Shown here piece by piece: positions 47,974 through 56,739 of a stretch of DNA of 64,000 nucleotides; position 1 is the stretch's first letter, and each line of letters opens with the position of its first letter. This DNA comes from Geopsychrobacteraceae bacterium (lineage in GTDB: Bacteria; Desulfobacterota; Desulfuromonadia; Desulfuromonadales; Geopsychrobacteraceae): contig OY761157.1 of assembly GCA_963664385.1 (NCBI GenBank), forward strand, positions 1,207,634 to 1,271,633, given 5' to 3'. The notes beneath the pieces are model-generated. The model did no database searches and had not been told where the DNA came from. It saw only the letters and a list, made by a program, of their open reading frames with translations. The position numbers and the translations under genes are program-made.

Positions 47974-50268
47974 TTAAGCAGTAATTACGACGTCGTCGAA
48001 GTTCTGCAGTCTGGATGCCTTACAGATCATTTGCTTGAGCGGAGCACCGAAACCAAGCTTACCGATATGCTTATGGGGCACCATGTTGTTGACGTTGGAC
48101 TGCCATACGCCGAACAGGTTTGGCTCTTCGCCATCTTGCTCTGGGAACCACCAGCCGTGAGTTGCGTGAACAACTTTTGGATGGATGGTTGGGGTGACTT
48201 TGGCTTTCATCTTAGCCTTGCCGAACATGTTCTCGAGCAGGACCCAGTCACCTTCTTTGATACCCAAGTCTTCAGCGGTAGTTGGGTGAAGCTCAACTAC
48301 TGGCCAAGGATCGATCTCACGCAGAGTAGCGATCTGACGGTGCTCTGAGTGGAAAGAGGTAACCTTACGTGCACCAGTGGTCAGAACCAGTGGATATTCT
48401 TTCCACAGTTCAGGAGTACTGATTGGGCTGTATGGTGGTTCTTTGAAGTATGGGAGAGCATCGTCGCCCCAAGCTTCGAACAGAGTTGAAGACAGCTCGA
48501 CCATACCGGTAACAGTATTGAAACCAGGCTCGCCATCACCACGGAGCAGACCTTTTTCATATTTCTTGTAGGTATACTTCGGAGTGTAAACACCCATTTC
48601 TCTCAGGCCGTTGAAGTCAACGCCCAGCTCAGGCTGGAGCTGCTGGGTAAAGAAGTCTTCAACATCTTCACATTCCCACATATCTGGGTGAAGTTTTTTA
48701 CCAAGTTCGATACAAACTTCGATATCGGAACGGGTATCACCAACACGCAGAGCCTGATTGATAGGACCAAGGGTAACTGAGTTACGGCCGAAGTGAGTAA
48801 TAACAACACCGTTGTGCTCAGCGAAGGTTGGCAGTGGCAGGAAGACATCACCGAAAGCCATAGCAGTTGGAGTCATGAAGCAGTCCTGAACAACGTTGAA
48901 TTCCAGGGTCTTCAGAGCATGATACCAACGGTCACATTGGACGGCACAAGTTGGGGTGATGAAGTTGGAGCTGTTGAACCAACCCATGCGCAGACGGTAA
49001 GGCTTGCCACTTTCGAGAGTGTCAAGAGTTTCGTCAGGGTGAGTAGTAGCCAGAGCAGTACTGAGTGCTGGCCATTCCTTAGCACCAATACGCTTGTCCC
49101 ACAGCTCGTCAGACAGGTTACGACGAGTCTCAACACGCCATTTACCCAACAGAGCAGCTGGAGGTCCGAGGGTGATACCACCAGGAACGTCGAGGTTACC
49201 AGTGATGGCAGCAAGTGACAGGATGGCATGACCCATCTGAACACCGTTAGGGTTCTCGTCAGTTGCCAGACCCCATTGGATGGAGCAAGGCTTGGAGTTA
49301 GCGATCATACGTGCACAACGGATGATCTGGTCTTCAGGTACCCAGGTAATGCCAGCAACTTTTGCTGGTGGGTATTCCTGAACACGCTCTTTCAACTCAT
49401 CAAAGCCGTAGGTCCAGTTTTCGGTGAACTCTTTATCATACAGTTCTTCGTTGATGATAACGTTCAGGAAGGCCAGAGCCAGGGCGGAGTCAGTACCAGG
49501 ACGCAGCTGACATACTTCAGCACAACGGGTACCCAACCAGGTGATCCGTGGGTCGATATGGATCATCTTGGTGCCGCGCTTCATCATATCGATGAGGGCA
49601 TGACCGAAGAAACCATCAGGGTTTGAATAAAGGGCATTTTTACCCCATTCAACGATCAGTTCAGGCAAGGTGAAGCCTGGATCGTCAAAACGCTTCTCGA
49701 AGTAACCGGCGTAGTCGATTTCAGGATAACCTGCACCGAGGATGTAATCGGTAATAGCACAGCGTGGGCCGTAGCATGACCAACCACTCAGTGGGTAACA
49801 TACGTTCGGGGTTCCGATTGAAGCAAACCCGAGAGGATAGTAGTAAAGACAAGCCTGGCGGCCGGTACCACCGAAAACGATGATAGACTCAGCGCCGTGC
49901 TTCTCTTTGTATTCTTTGATTTTAGGAACAATGATATCCCAAGCTTCATCCCAAGAGATCTTGGTCCACTTGTTCTTACCACGATCTTCCAGTTTACGTT
50001 TCATCGGGGTGGTGATACGTGAAGGGTGATGAACGTACTCTGGGAGTGACAGACATCTGACGCAAAGACGTCCGTTAGTAATTGGGTGCTCTTCGTCGCC
50101 TTCAACTTCGATGAGCTTGCCACCCTTAACAGTCAGTTTCATACCACAACCAACTGGGTGATCCCCTGGAGGTGACCAGCCACAAGTCCTTACTGTAACG
50201 GAGCCATCCTCATTTTCAGTTTTCCACTCTTTCTTCATTCGATCTTCCATTGCCATTGAATTACCCAT
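47974..50268 (-). CDS. Molybdopterin (Mo/W-bisPGD) oxidoreductase catalytic subunit, cytoplasmic, module 1
   Basis: 764 aa with DMSO-reductase-superfamily domain order and motifs (..YDKEFTENWTYGFDELKERVQEYP.., EYPLVLTTG, C-terminal beta-barrel). No twin-arginine signal. Atypical N-terminal Cys pattern. The start is ambiguous among ATGs at 50268, 50256, 50250 and 50238. Confidence 0.9.
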   Translation of the reverse strand: MGNSMAMEDRMKKEWKTENEDGSVTVRTCGWSPPGDHPVGCGMKLTVKGGKLIEVEGDEEHPITNGRLCVRCLSLPEYVHHPSRITTPMKRKLEDRGKNKWTKISWDEAWDIIVPKIKEYKEKHGAESIIVFGGTGRQACLYYYPLGFASIGTPNVCYPLSGWSCYGPRCAITDYILGAGYPEIDYAGYFEKRFDDPGFTLPELIVEWGKNALYSNPDGFFGHALIDMMKRGTKMIHIDPRITWLGTRCAEVCQLRPGTDSALALAFLNVIINEELYDKEFTENWTYGFDELKERVQEYPPAKVAGITWVPEDQIIRCARMIANSKPCSIQWGLATDENPNGVQMGHAILSLAAITGNLDVPGGITLGPPAALLGKWRVETRRNLSDELWDKRIGAKEWPALSTALATTHPDETLDTLESGKPYRLRMGWFNSSNFITPTCAVQCDRWYHALKTLEFNVVQDCFMTPTAMAFGDVFLPLPTFAEHNGVVITHFGRNSVTLGPINQALRVGDTRSDIEVCIELGKKLHPDMWECEDVEDFFTQQLQPELGVDFNGLREMGVYTPKYTYKKYEKGLLRGDGEPGFNTVTGMVELSSTLFEAWGDDALPYFKEPPYSPISTPELWKEYPLVLTTGARKVTSFHSEHRQIATLREIDPWPVVELHPTTAEDLGIKEGDWVLLENMFGKAKMKAKVTPTIHPKVVHATHGWWFPEQDGEEPNLFGVWQSNVNNMVPHKHIGKLGFGAPLKQMICKASRLQNFDDVVITA

Positions 50269-50457
50269 CCTTTCATTCTCGAATGTGAATACACAAAAAC
50301 AATCCGCAGGGTTTTTCTCTTTCGCACCTCCTTTATGCTTTTATGAATTACGGTAAATCGAAACCACGTCGCCTTCCGAATACTGTTTGTTTTCATGCAA
50401 CCTGGCAGGCTACAGCTTCGGACAACCCGGGTTCCGGTTTTGACTATGATTACAAAT

Positions 50458-50472
50458 GCTACTTATGTGCCA
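50458..50472 (-). promoter_or_regulatory. Sigma-54 promoter of module 1
   Basis: The minus strand reads TGGCACataagTAGC. The -24 element is perfect, the -12 GC is conserved, and the GG-N10-GC spacing is correct. It lies about 190 nt upstream of the ORF. Confidence 0.65.
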
Positions 50473-50531
50473 ACCGTGAATGATTTTCGGCAATTCGGTA
50501 AATACCTGTTTTTACTTGACTTTCAAAAGAT

Positions 50532-50555
50532 AGAGATTTTTTCTCAAAAATCTCT
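50532..50555. promoter_or_regulatory. Perfect 10-bp-arm palindrome upstream of the module-1 promoter
   Basis: AGAGATTTTTtctcAAAAATCTCT lies 60-83 bp upstream of the -24 element. It could be an activator or bending-protein site. Confidence 0.3.
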
Positions 50556-50884
50556 TTTTGGGATGATATTTTGAACTCTTCTTGGCTTATCAAATCATAA
50601 ACTACTGTTTTTACTATGTTCTTATTTTAAAACTAGTTATCATTTTAGGACTGTATTTATTTGCCACTGATCAATCTTCAAGATTAGAATTCGGGGAAAC
50701 AATTACGCCCCAGAATTCCTGATTTAATTGCCCAACAAGGATAAAGGTGTCACCTACCTAACTCCTGAACAAAACCTGAAACTCCTCACATCCAAGGCCG
50801 TCAACCGTTCCATGCTGGTTAAGATAAACAGTGTTTCCATCGTCCAAGCGAAAAGCACAGGCCGCACAGGAAAATCTTAACGGT

Positions 50885-50914
50885 AAAAAAAGCCTGCCGA
50901 ATAAACGGCAGGCT
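50885..50914 (-). terminator. Rho-independent terminator after the radical SAM gene
   Basis: On the minus strand, AGCCTGCCGtttattCGGCAGGCT is followed by TTTTTTT, 32 nt after the stop. Confidence 0.8.
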
Positions 50915-50945
50915 CTCAACACTCAGATTCGGACAACAAGAAGCA

Positions 50946-52259
50946 TTAAAAATTAAGATGTTTTTGCCCATGACAATTGGTCAACTGGTAGGAACAGAAC
51001 GGCACCAATCTCCCTTCCGGCCCGGCAACTGTCATACTACACTGCTGCAGACGCTTCAGATCCATACTGTCAGCATCCATATAATTCATAATCAGAATGG
51101 AAACACCTGGCTCAATATCAGGATACATACGTGCAGCGATATCCGGCATGACTGAGCCCTGAGGGCTGGACGGATCAAAATGATCAAGATACTCATCAAT
51201 ACTGATCTGCCGACTCACAGGTTGAAAGCCATCAGGTGTTCGCACCACATAGGTGGTGGAATCGCATAACGGGTGAGAACAACCGGTCGGCCAGAAATCG
51301 TAAGGTTCAACAATTCCATCACTCTGCTCGGATAACTTGAAAACAACATCACCCATGGTCAGTGGTGGATTATCATGAACATCAAAGCGTCCTGAACCAA
51401 ATGCCGGCTGATACGCGACACCAGCAATAACATCACGATTTTCGAGAGCAAATTTTAAAACATCTCCCATCTGCTCTTCATTGGTTCCACTGATAACTGC
51501 CATAGCCAGAACCACCTGAATCCCGGCTGCCCGGCAATTTTCAATCGCCCGAAGCTTCAGCTTGGCAAGATTAGCGCCTCGCACTTTACGGAACACCTCA
51601 TCAGTCAAGCCATCGAACTGCATATAGATACCGGTAATACCGGCATCGATAAGCTTTTGCAAAAAATCGGGATTACGACCGATCACAACACCATTGGTGT
51701 TAACCTCAATAGCGCTGAAACCAATCTCACGACAAAGACGCACAATGTCAGGCAGATCCTCACGCACGGTTGGCTCACCACCGGTCAATTGAATACTGGT
51801 ATTGGCTCCACTCTGCTCGAGGATACTACGCAATTGGGCCTCGATAACGTCAAGAGACAAATCGGTATTGATGGCAGTCTCATTGCCATCAGCGGCCATG
51901 AAACAGACCGGACAACGTAAATTACAGCGCTGAGTAAGTTCAATTTCAACCAGGCGAGGATGGTGTTGATGCTTGTTGCACAGGCCACACGCTGAAGGGC
52001 ACTCTTCGGTAGATTGATGCACTTTTTCCGGTGCTACATGGGGAAATTTAAAGTTTTTCAGCCAGACATAATGCTCTTCATCAGGCCAGAGGTAGGTAGA
52101 GTAAAAACCATGTTCAGGGCACTCCTTATCCATAAACACAGTATTATCACGAACAACAATCTGAGCAGTAAGAACCTTGAGACATTCAGGACATACGCTT
52201 TGTGTTGTTTCGAGAACCTTAAGCGATTGCGACACTTTATTAACGACTGCTGTTGACAT
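50946..52259 (-). CDS. Radical SAM enzyme with an N-terminal Cys-rich (zinc-ribbon-like) extension
   Basis: CNLRCPVCF (CxxxCxxC) radical SAM motif. N-terminal CPEC..(x19)..CPEHG and CPSACGLC. AAGGAAG lies 8 nt upstream of the ATG. The gene is bracketed by two terminators. Confidence 0.85.
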   Translation of the reverse strand: MSTAVVNKVSQSLKVLETTQSVCPECLKVLTAQIVVRDNTVFMDKECPEHGFYSTYLWPDEEHYVWLKNFKFPHVAPEKVHQSTEECPSACGLCNKHQHHPRLVEIELTQRCNLRCPVCFMAADGNETAINTDLSLDVIEAQLRSILEQSGANTSIQLTGGEPTVREDLPDIVRLCREIGFSAIEVNTNGVVIGRNPDFLQKLIDAGITGIYMQFDGLTDEVFRKVRGANLAKLKLRAIENCRAAGIQVVLAMAVISGTNEEQMGDVLKFALENRDVIAGVAYQPAFGSGRFDVHDNPPLTMGDVVFKLSEQSDGIVEPYDFWPTGCSHPLCDSTTYVVRTPDGFQPVSRQISIDEYLDHFDPSSPQGSVMPDIAARMYPDIEPGVSILIMNYMDADSMDLKRLQQCSMTVAGPEGRLVPFCSYQLTNCHGQKHLNF

Positions 52260-52479
52260 AACAACAACTTCCTTGAAGAGAAATAGCAGCGAACTGCTTC
52301 ATTTAATAAACAACCAGAACGACAAGATACAGATGATATTAAATATCAGTAAATTTTGACCCGTATTGCATAATCGGAGGAGGGCAAGCGTTTGAGCGGA
52401 GGCATAACAAGGTATACCGCACAGACAAAGGCGAAGCCCGGCACCAATTCGCAACAAAAGGGCTTTTCAGATTAAAAGT

Positions 52480-52527
52480 AAAAAAAGGGCGTTACCGGAA
52501 AGAAGGGGATAGAGGTCCGGTAACGCC
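52480..52527 (-). terminator. Rho-independent terminator of the module-2 operon
   Basis: Perfect 12-bp stem GGCGTTACCGGA/TCCGGTAACGCC, then CTTTTTTT on the minus strand, 22 nt after the membrane-subunit stop. Confidence 0.85.
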
Positions 52528-52548
52528 ATCGACATTACAGCAAAACTA

Positions 52549-53478
52549 TTACATCCAGGCTTTTTTCAAAAAGTCTTCCTGCCCTTGAGGTAACCGGCTA
52601 CGGTACTTCAATTCACCAGGCATGAAGGTCCGGTCGGTACCACTCTGAACGGTCATCATCCGCATAGTAACGCCGCCGAACAGTACGAACAAAGCGCCGA
52701 TAGCAGCAGTAGCAGTAAATGGAATAATCGTCAGGACCAAAGGAACGACGGTACCAAGAACCAGAAAAGAGATCTTGAAACTGGAGGCCATATCACCACT
52801 GATCCAGCGCTGAGCGGCAGCACTTTCTACCGTAGTGGTACCAGTTTGCTTAATCCACAGATAACCGATCCACAGAACGGCCTGTGCAAACAGCAATGCA
52901 GCCATAATACCAGGCATGGCAGCCCATACCTGCTCAGAAACAGGAGCAGAGACCAGCAGGCCACAGATATAGTGAGCAGCAGCGGCCGTCACCAGGGAAG
53001 ACAGCAGGAACAAAGCCATGATGCCAGGACCAGTCCAGAAGGGACGCCCTTTATGGCGACCAAGCAGAACCCCGGGATAGGTCGCAACAACCAGCCCGGT
53101 AACAACATTGACAATCGCCAGCAGGACCCTTAAAAAGCCCCAGTCACGCCAGAAGAACAGAGCCCAATCGATACCGAAAGAGGCATAGATAAATCCGGAA
53201 ATAATAGCAAATGTCATCATCCAGGCGCCAAAGGTCAGAATCGCCTTAGGATTCATAAAGACACGCCAGGCCTGCAGCGGCCGACCCAATTCAAGAATCA
53301 GGAAACCACAGCCCACGCACATGCAGAGAGGACCAACAATATTACCCAACAGGGATGTCATTCCTGGTCCGACAAACAGATCCGTCAATCCGGCAATGAT
53401 CAGCATAGCGCCACCCATTCCCGCAAAGAAGAAATCGACGGCCAGCATCCAGCCCCAAGTTTGATGTTTCTCGCTCAT
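52549..53478 (-). CDS. NrfD/PsrC/DmsC-type integral membrane quinone-interacting subunit
   Basis: 309 aa with about 8 TM helices. The N-terminal WGWMLAVDFFFAGMGGA pattern is typical of NrfD-family anchors. Confidence 0.8.
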   Translation of the reverse strand: MSEKHQTWGWMLAVDFFFAGMGGAMLIIAGLTDLFVGPGMTSLLGNIVGPLCMCVGCGFLILELGRPLQAWRVFMNPKAILTFGAWMMTFAIISGFIYASFGIDWALFFWRDWGFLRVLLAIVNVVTGLVVATYPGVLLGRHKGRPFWTGPGIMALFLLSSLVTAAAAHYICGLLVSAPVSEQVWAAMPGIMAALLFAQAVLWIGYLWIKQTGTTTVESAAAQRWISGDMASSFKISFLVLGTVVPLVLTIIPFTATAAIGALFVLFGGVTMRMMTVQSGTDRTFMPGELKYRSRLPQGQEDFLKKAWM

Positions 53479-53494
53479 CGTAAATCTCCCCTAG

Positions 53495-54037
53495 TTAAAT
53501 AAGGTAATAAACAGCGGGTTGCGTATTCAGCTCAGGAAGCATCTGAATATACTGATTTTCTTTAATCAGCTTATAAACCTCGCTGTTCTCATCTTCAATA
53601 TCACCAAAGATCCGGGCCTTCTGGTGACAGGTTGCCACACAGTGTGGAACCATACCCTGATCTACACGGTCCATACAGAAGTTGCATTTGTTAACAGCGC
53701 CAGTCTCATGGTTATGATAACGAGCACCATAAGGACAAGCCATTACACAGGATAAGCAACCAACACACTTCTTGTCCTCAACATGGACAATGCCGTCTTC
53801 GCGCTGCACTGAAGCACCGGTAGGACAGGCATCAACGCATGGCGAATTATCACAATGCATACAGATCAGTGGCAAAAACCGTGAATGGAGGTTCGGGAAA
53901 GTCCCGTGGGGGCCATCCTGAACAACTGGATTGTACACCATATCTGTAGGCAGTTCGTTATGAACCTTACAAGCGACAGTACAGGAGTGGCAACCAATAC
54001 AGCGCCGGGTATCCATGACAATTACGTAACGGGCCAT
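53495..54037 (-). CDS. Four-cluster 4Fe-4S ferredoxin subunit (DmsB/PsrB/NrfC type)
   Basis: Four Cys groups (CIGCHSCTVAC, CMHCDNSPCVDAC, CVGCLSCVMAC, CNFCMDR..C..C). No signal peptide. Confidence 0.9.
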   Translation of the reverse strand: MARYVIVMDTRRCIGCHSCTVACKVHNELPTDMVYNPVVQDGPHGTFPNLHSRFLPLICMHCDNSPCVDACPTGASVQREDGIVHVEDKKCVGCLSCVMACPYGARYHNHETGAVNKCNFCMDRVDQGMVPHCVATCHQKARIFGDIEDENSEVYKLIKENQYIQMLPELNTQPAVYYLI

Positions 54038-54038
54038 C

Positions 54039-56282
54039 TTAATTTACCTCCTTGCTGTCAACCTTGTAGACACGACACAGCAGACCACGGTTCGCCCATG
54101 AGCCACTATACGGATCACAGTGCTCATCAGCAGTACTGGTCAGCATATTTCCGTTTGACTCCAATGCGCCGCCAAGTTCACCACCCAGAGGGATATCGCG
54201 CATATCTTTTTCAGGGAACCACCAGCAGCGTTGAGTGTAGATCACTTTTGGATGGATCGCTTCTGTCAGGTTAGCGCGCTGCTTCATACGTCCACGTGCA
54301 GTTTCAACCCAGCACCAGTCACCATCTTCGATACCCATCTCGGCGGCAGTGCGGGGGTTGATATCAAGGAACGGAGAATGCTTGATAAAGCGCATATCCT
54401 TGATCTGATAGTGCTCGGAATGGTGGAATGGCATGAATCCACCACCTGTGGTGAGGACCAATGGATATTTTTCAGCCAGCTCAGGATGGTCAATCTCATT
54501 CTCGGTAGGGCCGACATATTCTGGCAATGGTGGATAGCCTAACTCTTTAAGAGTTGTGGAATAAAGCTCAACCTTACCAGACGGAGTTGCGAAGCCCTGG
54601 CGCTTATACTTGTAGTACTCACGCTCAGGGAAGTGGAAACGAATATTCTCAACAAATTCGTCCCAGCTCGAGACCGGATGGCCAATCGGCTCAATGGCAC
54701 TGTAGTAAGCTTCTTCAACAGTTTTCCATGGCCAGTTTTCTTCCTGACCAAGCGCAACACCAAGATCGCGCCAGAAGTTGAAGTCGTTACGCCGCTCATA
54801 CATGGGCTGAATAGCACGCTGAGAACCGAGCATGAAGTCAGCACAACCATAACTGTTGGTAATAATTGGCCGCTCAAGAGCACCAGCAATCGGCATGATG
54901 TAGTCAGCAAACATTGCTGACGGAGTCACCCAGTAATCACAGGCAACCATAAAATCGACCTTCCGCAGAGCCTCAAGAACGACTGGAGTCTCACCGTAAG
55001 AAGCCAATGGATTGGTTGCTGAAATCATCAAAGCCTTGACCGGGTAGGGGTCACCGGTAGCGATGGCACGGAATACTGATGGTGGGTGAGCCTCACACAT
55101 CCATTCCGCAGTCGGTACCTTACCCCAGGTTTTTCTGGTCAGTTCACTGATTTTGCTGTAACCCGGCCAGGTAACCAATTTAAATTTATCGGAACCGATC
55201 TGCTTGGCGCGCTGCTCTTCAGGCAGGAACTTGTTCCCTTCCATCTCCTCATCGGTTAGATAATCCTGAGAAGGCCCGGTCAACAGGTCAGCACCAGGAC
55301 AATCAAGGTTACCGGTCAACGCACGCAGCAGCGCACGGGCATGCATGGTGGCACCAGCAGGACGACCGATCTGGTCGACGGAAGTACCCCACTGAATATT
55401 ACCCGGCTTATTCATGGCGTACATGTGAGCACCTTCACGAATCTGGTCAGGGGTCAACCAGGTCAGCTCGGCAGCCCACTCAGGTGAGAAGTCAACAACG
55501 TGTTCAGCCAACTCCTGGAAGCCTTCACAGTGCTCAAGAACAAACTCCTGATCCATCAGACCTTCATAGATAATGACATGAATCCAGGCCAGCGCCAGAG
55601 CCAAGTCAGAACCTGGCCGCAGCGGCAACCACAGATCAGCCTTTTCAGCAGATTCGGTAAAACGAGGATCGATAACAATAACCTTCATCCCCTTAGCCTG
55701 AAGGTCGTGGATATGATGTGCTTCCGGCATGCCTGAAGCACCGGGGTTCTGCCCCCACAAAACAATACAACGACTCTGACCGATATCCAGGTCAAATGGG
55801 CACCAACCGTAAATAGCAGTTTCCACCATAAAGGTTGGAATCCAGCACAAGTGCGCATTATGGAAACCGTTTGGACTACCAAACAGGTTCATAAAACGCC
55901 GCCGTGCCCAGTCGTCGGTACGCTGAGTACCGCCAGCAGTGGCAACAGCTTCTGCGCCGAATTGCTCACGAATAGAAGACAGCTTGGCAGCGATTTCGGA
56001 AATCGCTTGATCCCAGGGAATCTGCTCCCATTTTCCCTCACCACGCTTACCAACACGCTTAAGCGGATGATTGACCCGATCAGGGTGATTCAGGTGCTTA
56101 AGTGCGATATTACCGCGGCAGCACAGTCCCCCCTGGTTGGTCGGGAATTCAGGATCGCCTTCAATCTTCAGAACTTCGTTGTCTTTGACGTAGGCCAAAA
56201 CGCCGCAATTCTGGTGACAGAAATAGCAGGCTGACTTTTTAACCTCTACGCCCTCTTGATTCAAATCCACTTGTGTACTCAT
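54039..56282 (-). CDS. Molybdopterin (Mo/W-bisPGD) oxidoreductase catalytic subunit, no Tat signal, module 2
   Basis: Canonical N-terminal 4Fe-4S motif CYFCHQNC..(x27)..C, starting 19 residues from the ATG at 56282 (GAGAGGA upstream). Paralogous to module 1 (EKYPLVLTTGG etc.). Confidence 0.9.
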   Translation of the reverse strand: MSTQVDLNQEGVEVKKSACYFCHQNCGVLAYVKDNEVLKIEGDPEFPTNQGGLCCRGNIALKHLNHPDRVNHPLKRVGKRGEGKWEQIPWDQAISEIAAKLSSIREQFGAEAVATAGGTQRTDDWARRRFMNLFGSPNGFHNAHLCWIPTFMVETAIYGWCPFDLDIGQSRCIVLWGQNPGASGMPEAHHIHDLQAKGMKVIVIDPRFTESAEKADLWLPLRPGSDLALALAWIHVIIYEGLMDQEFVLEHCEGFQELAEHVVDFSPEWAAELTWLTPDQIREGAHMYAMNKPGNIQWGTSVDQIGRPAGATMHARALLRALTGNLDCPGADLLTGPSQDYLTDEEMEGNKFLPEEQRAKQIGSDKFKLVTWPGYSKISELTRKTWGKVPTAEWMCEAHPPSVFRAIATGDPYPVKALMISATNPLASYGETPVVLEALRKVDFMVACDYWVTPSAMFADYIMPIAGALERPIITNSYGCADFMLGSQRAIQPMYERRNDFNFWRDLGVALGQEENWPWKTVEEAYYSAIEPIGHPVSSWDEFVENIRFHFPEREYYKYKRQGFATPSGKVELYSTTLKELGYPPLPEYVGPTENEIDHPELAEKYPLVLTTGGGFMPFHHSEHYQIKDMRFIKHSPFLDINPRTAAEMGIEDGDWCWVETARGRMKQRANLTEAIHPKVIYTQRCWWFPEKDMRDIPLGGELGGALESNGNMLTSTADEHCDPYSGSWANRGLLCRVYKVDSKEVN

Positions 56283-56458
56283 AGTTCCTCTCTTCAGGTC
56301 ATCCAGGTTCTTATTGAAAAGATCTTTCCATGCTGACCATAGTGAACCTGACAGCATAAAAATTTCCTGCCCAGCACATTCGGGTTATTGCTCATCAATC
56401 ATCACAAAATCAAAATAACCTTTTGGTGGCGATCAGAACGATACCGCGCTGGTATTGT

Positions 56459-56473
56459 GCAACTTGCAGGCCA
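56459..56473 (-). promoter_or_regulatory. Sigma-54 promoter of module 2
   Basis: The minus strand reads TGGCCTgcaagTTGC. GG-N10-GC spacing is correct, the -12 TTGC is perfect and the -24 element has two mismatches. It lies about 175 nt upstream of the ATG and just downstream of the EBP terminator. Confidence 0.55.
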
Positions 56474-56667
56474 AAGACTTTTAATCAGCCATTTCCAGGT
56501 ATGGTAAAAATTTGGGGAAGTATCAGAGGGATAAGGAAAAACCGGCAGTAAAACATGATTAGACCACCCTTTTTTCCGGCCAGGAAAGGCTCGTAAAGGG
56601 CACTTGAAAACAACAAGGATAAATCTTTTTTTGCGATCCCAGTTTCATTTTGAGACCTTGTCACCAT

Positions 56668-56704
56668 AAAAAAACGACCCGTGATAAAAGCTTTTCAGGG
56701 TCGC
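56668..56704 (-). terminator. Terminator after the EBP gene
   Basis: On the minus strand, CGACCC..(17-nt loop)..GGGTCG is followed by TTTTTTT, 36 nt after the stop. Confidence 0.6.
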
Positions 56705-56739
56705 CCTTAAAGTACTTCAAAGCAATTTCAGAGAGGGGA

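Noticed and set aside
50269-50457. Possible Moco riboswitch in the leaders of the Mo-enzyme operons (also 56283-56458) and upstream of moaA (61677-61752)
   Set aside because: The leaders are long and can form stems (for example UCCGAAGCUGU..ACAGUAUUCGGA), but I could not match them to the Moco RNA motif from memory. The moaA leader is only 76 nt. A cmsearch with Rfam RF01055 is needed, so I make no claim.
50740-50880. Coding-looking plus-strand stretch (..LTPEQNLKLLTSKAVNRSMLVKINSVSIVQAKSTGRTGKS*) upstream of the module-1 promoter
   Set aside because: It is short, has no start or SD, and I recognise no family. It could be a gene remnant, but I cannot support that.
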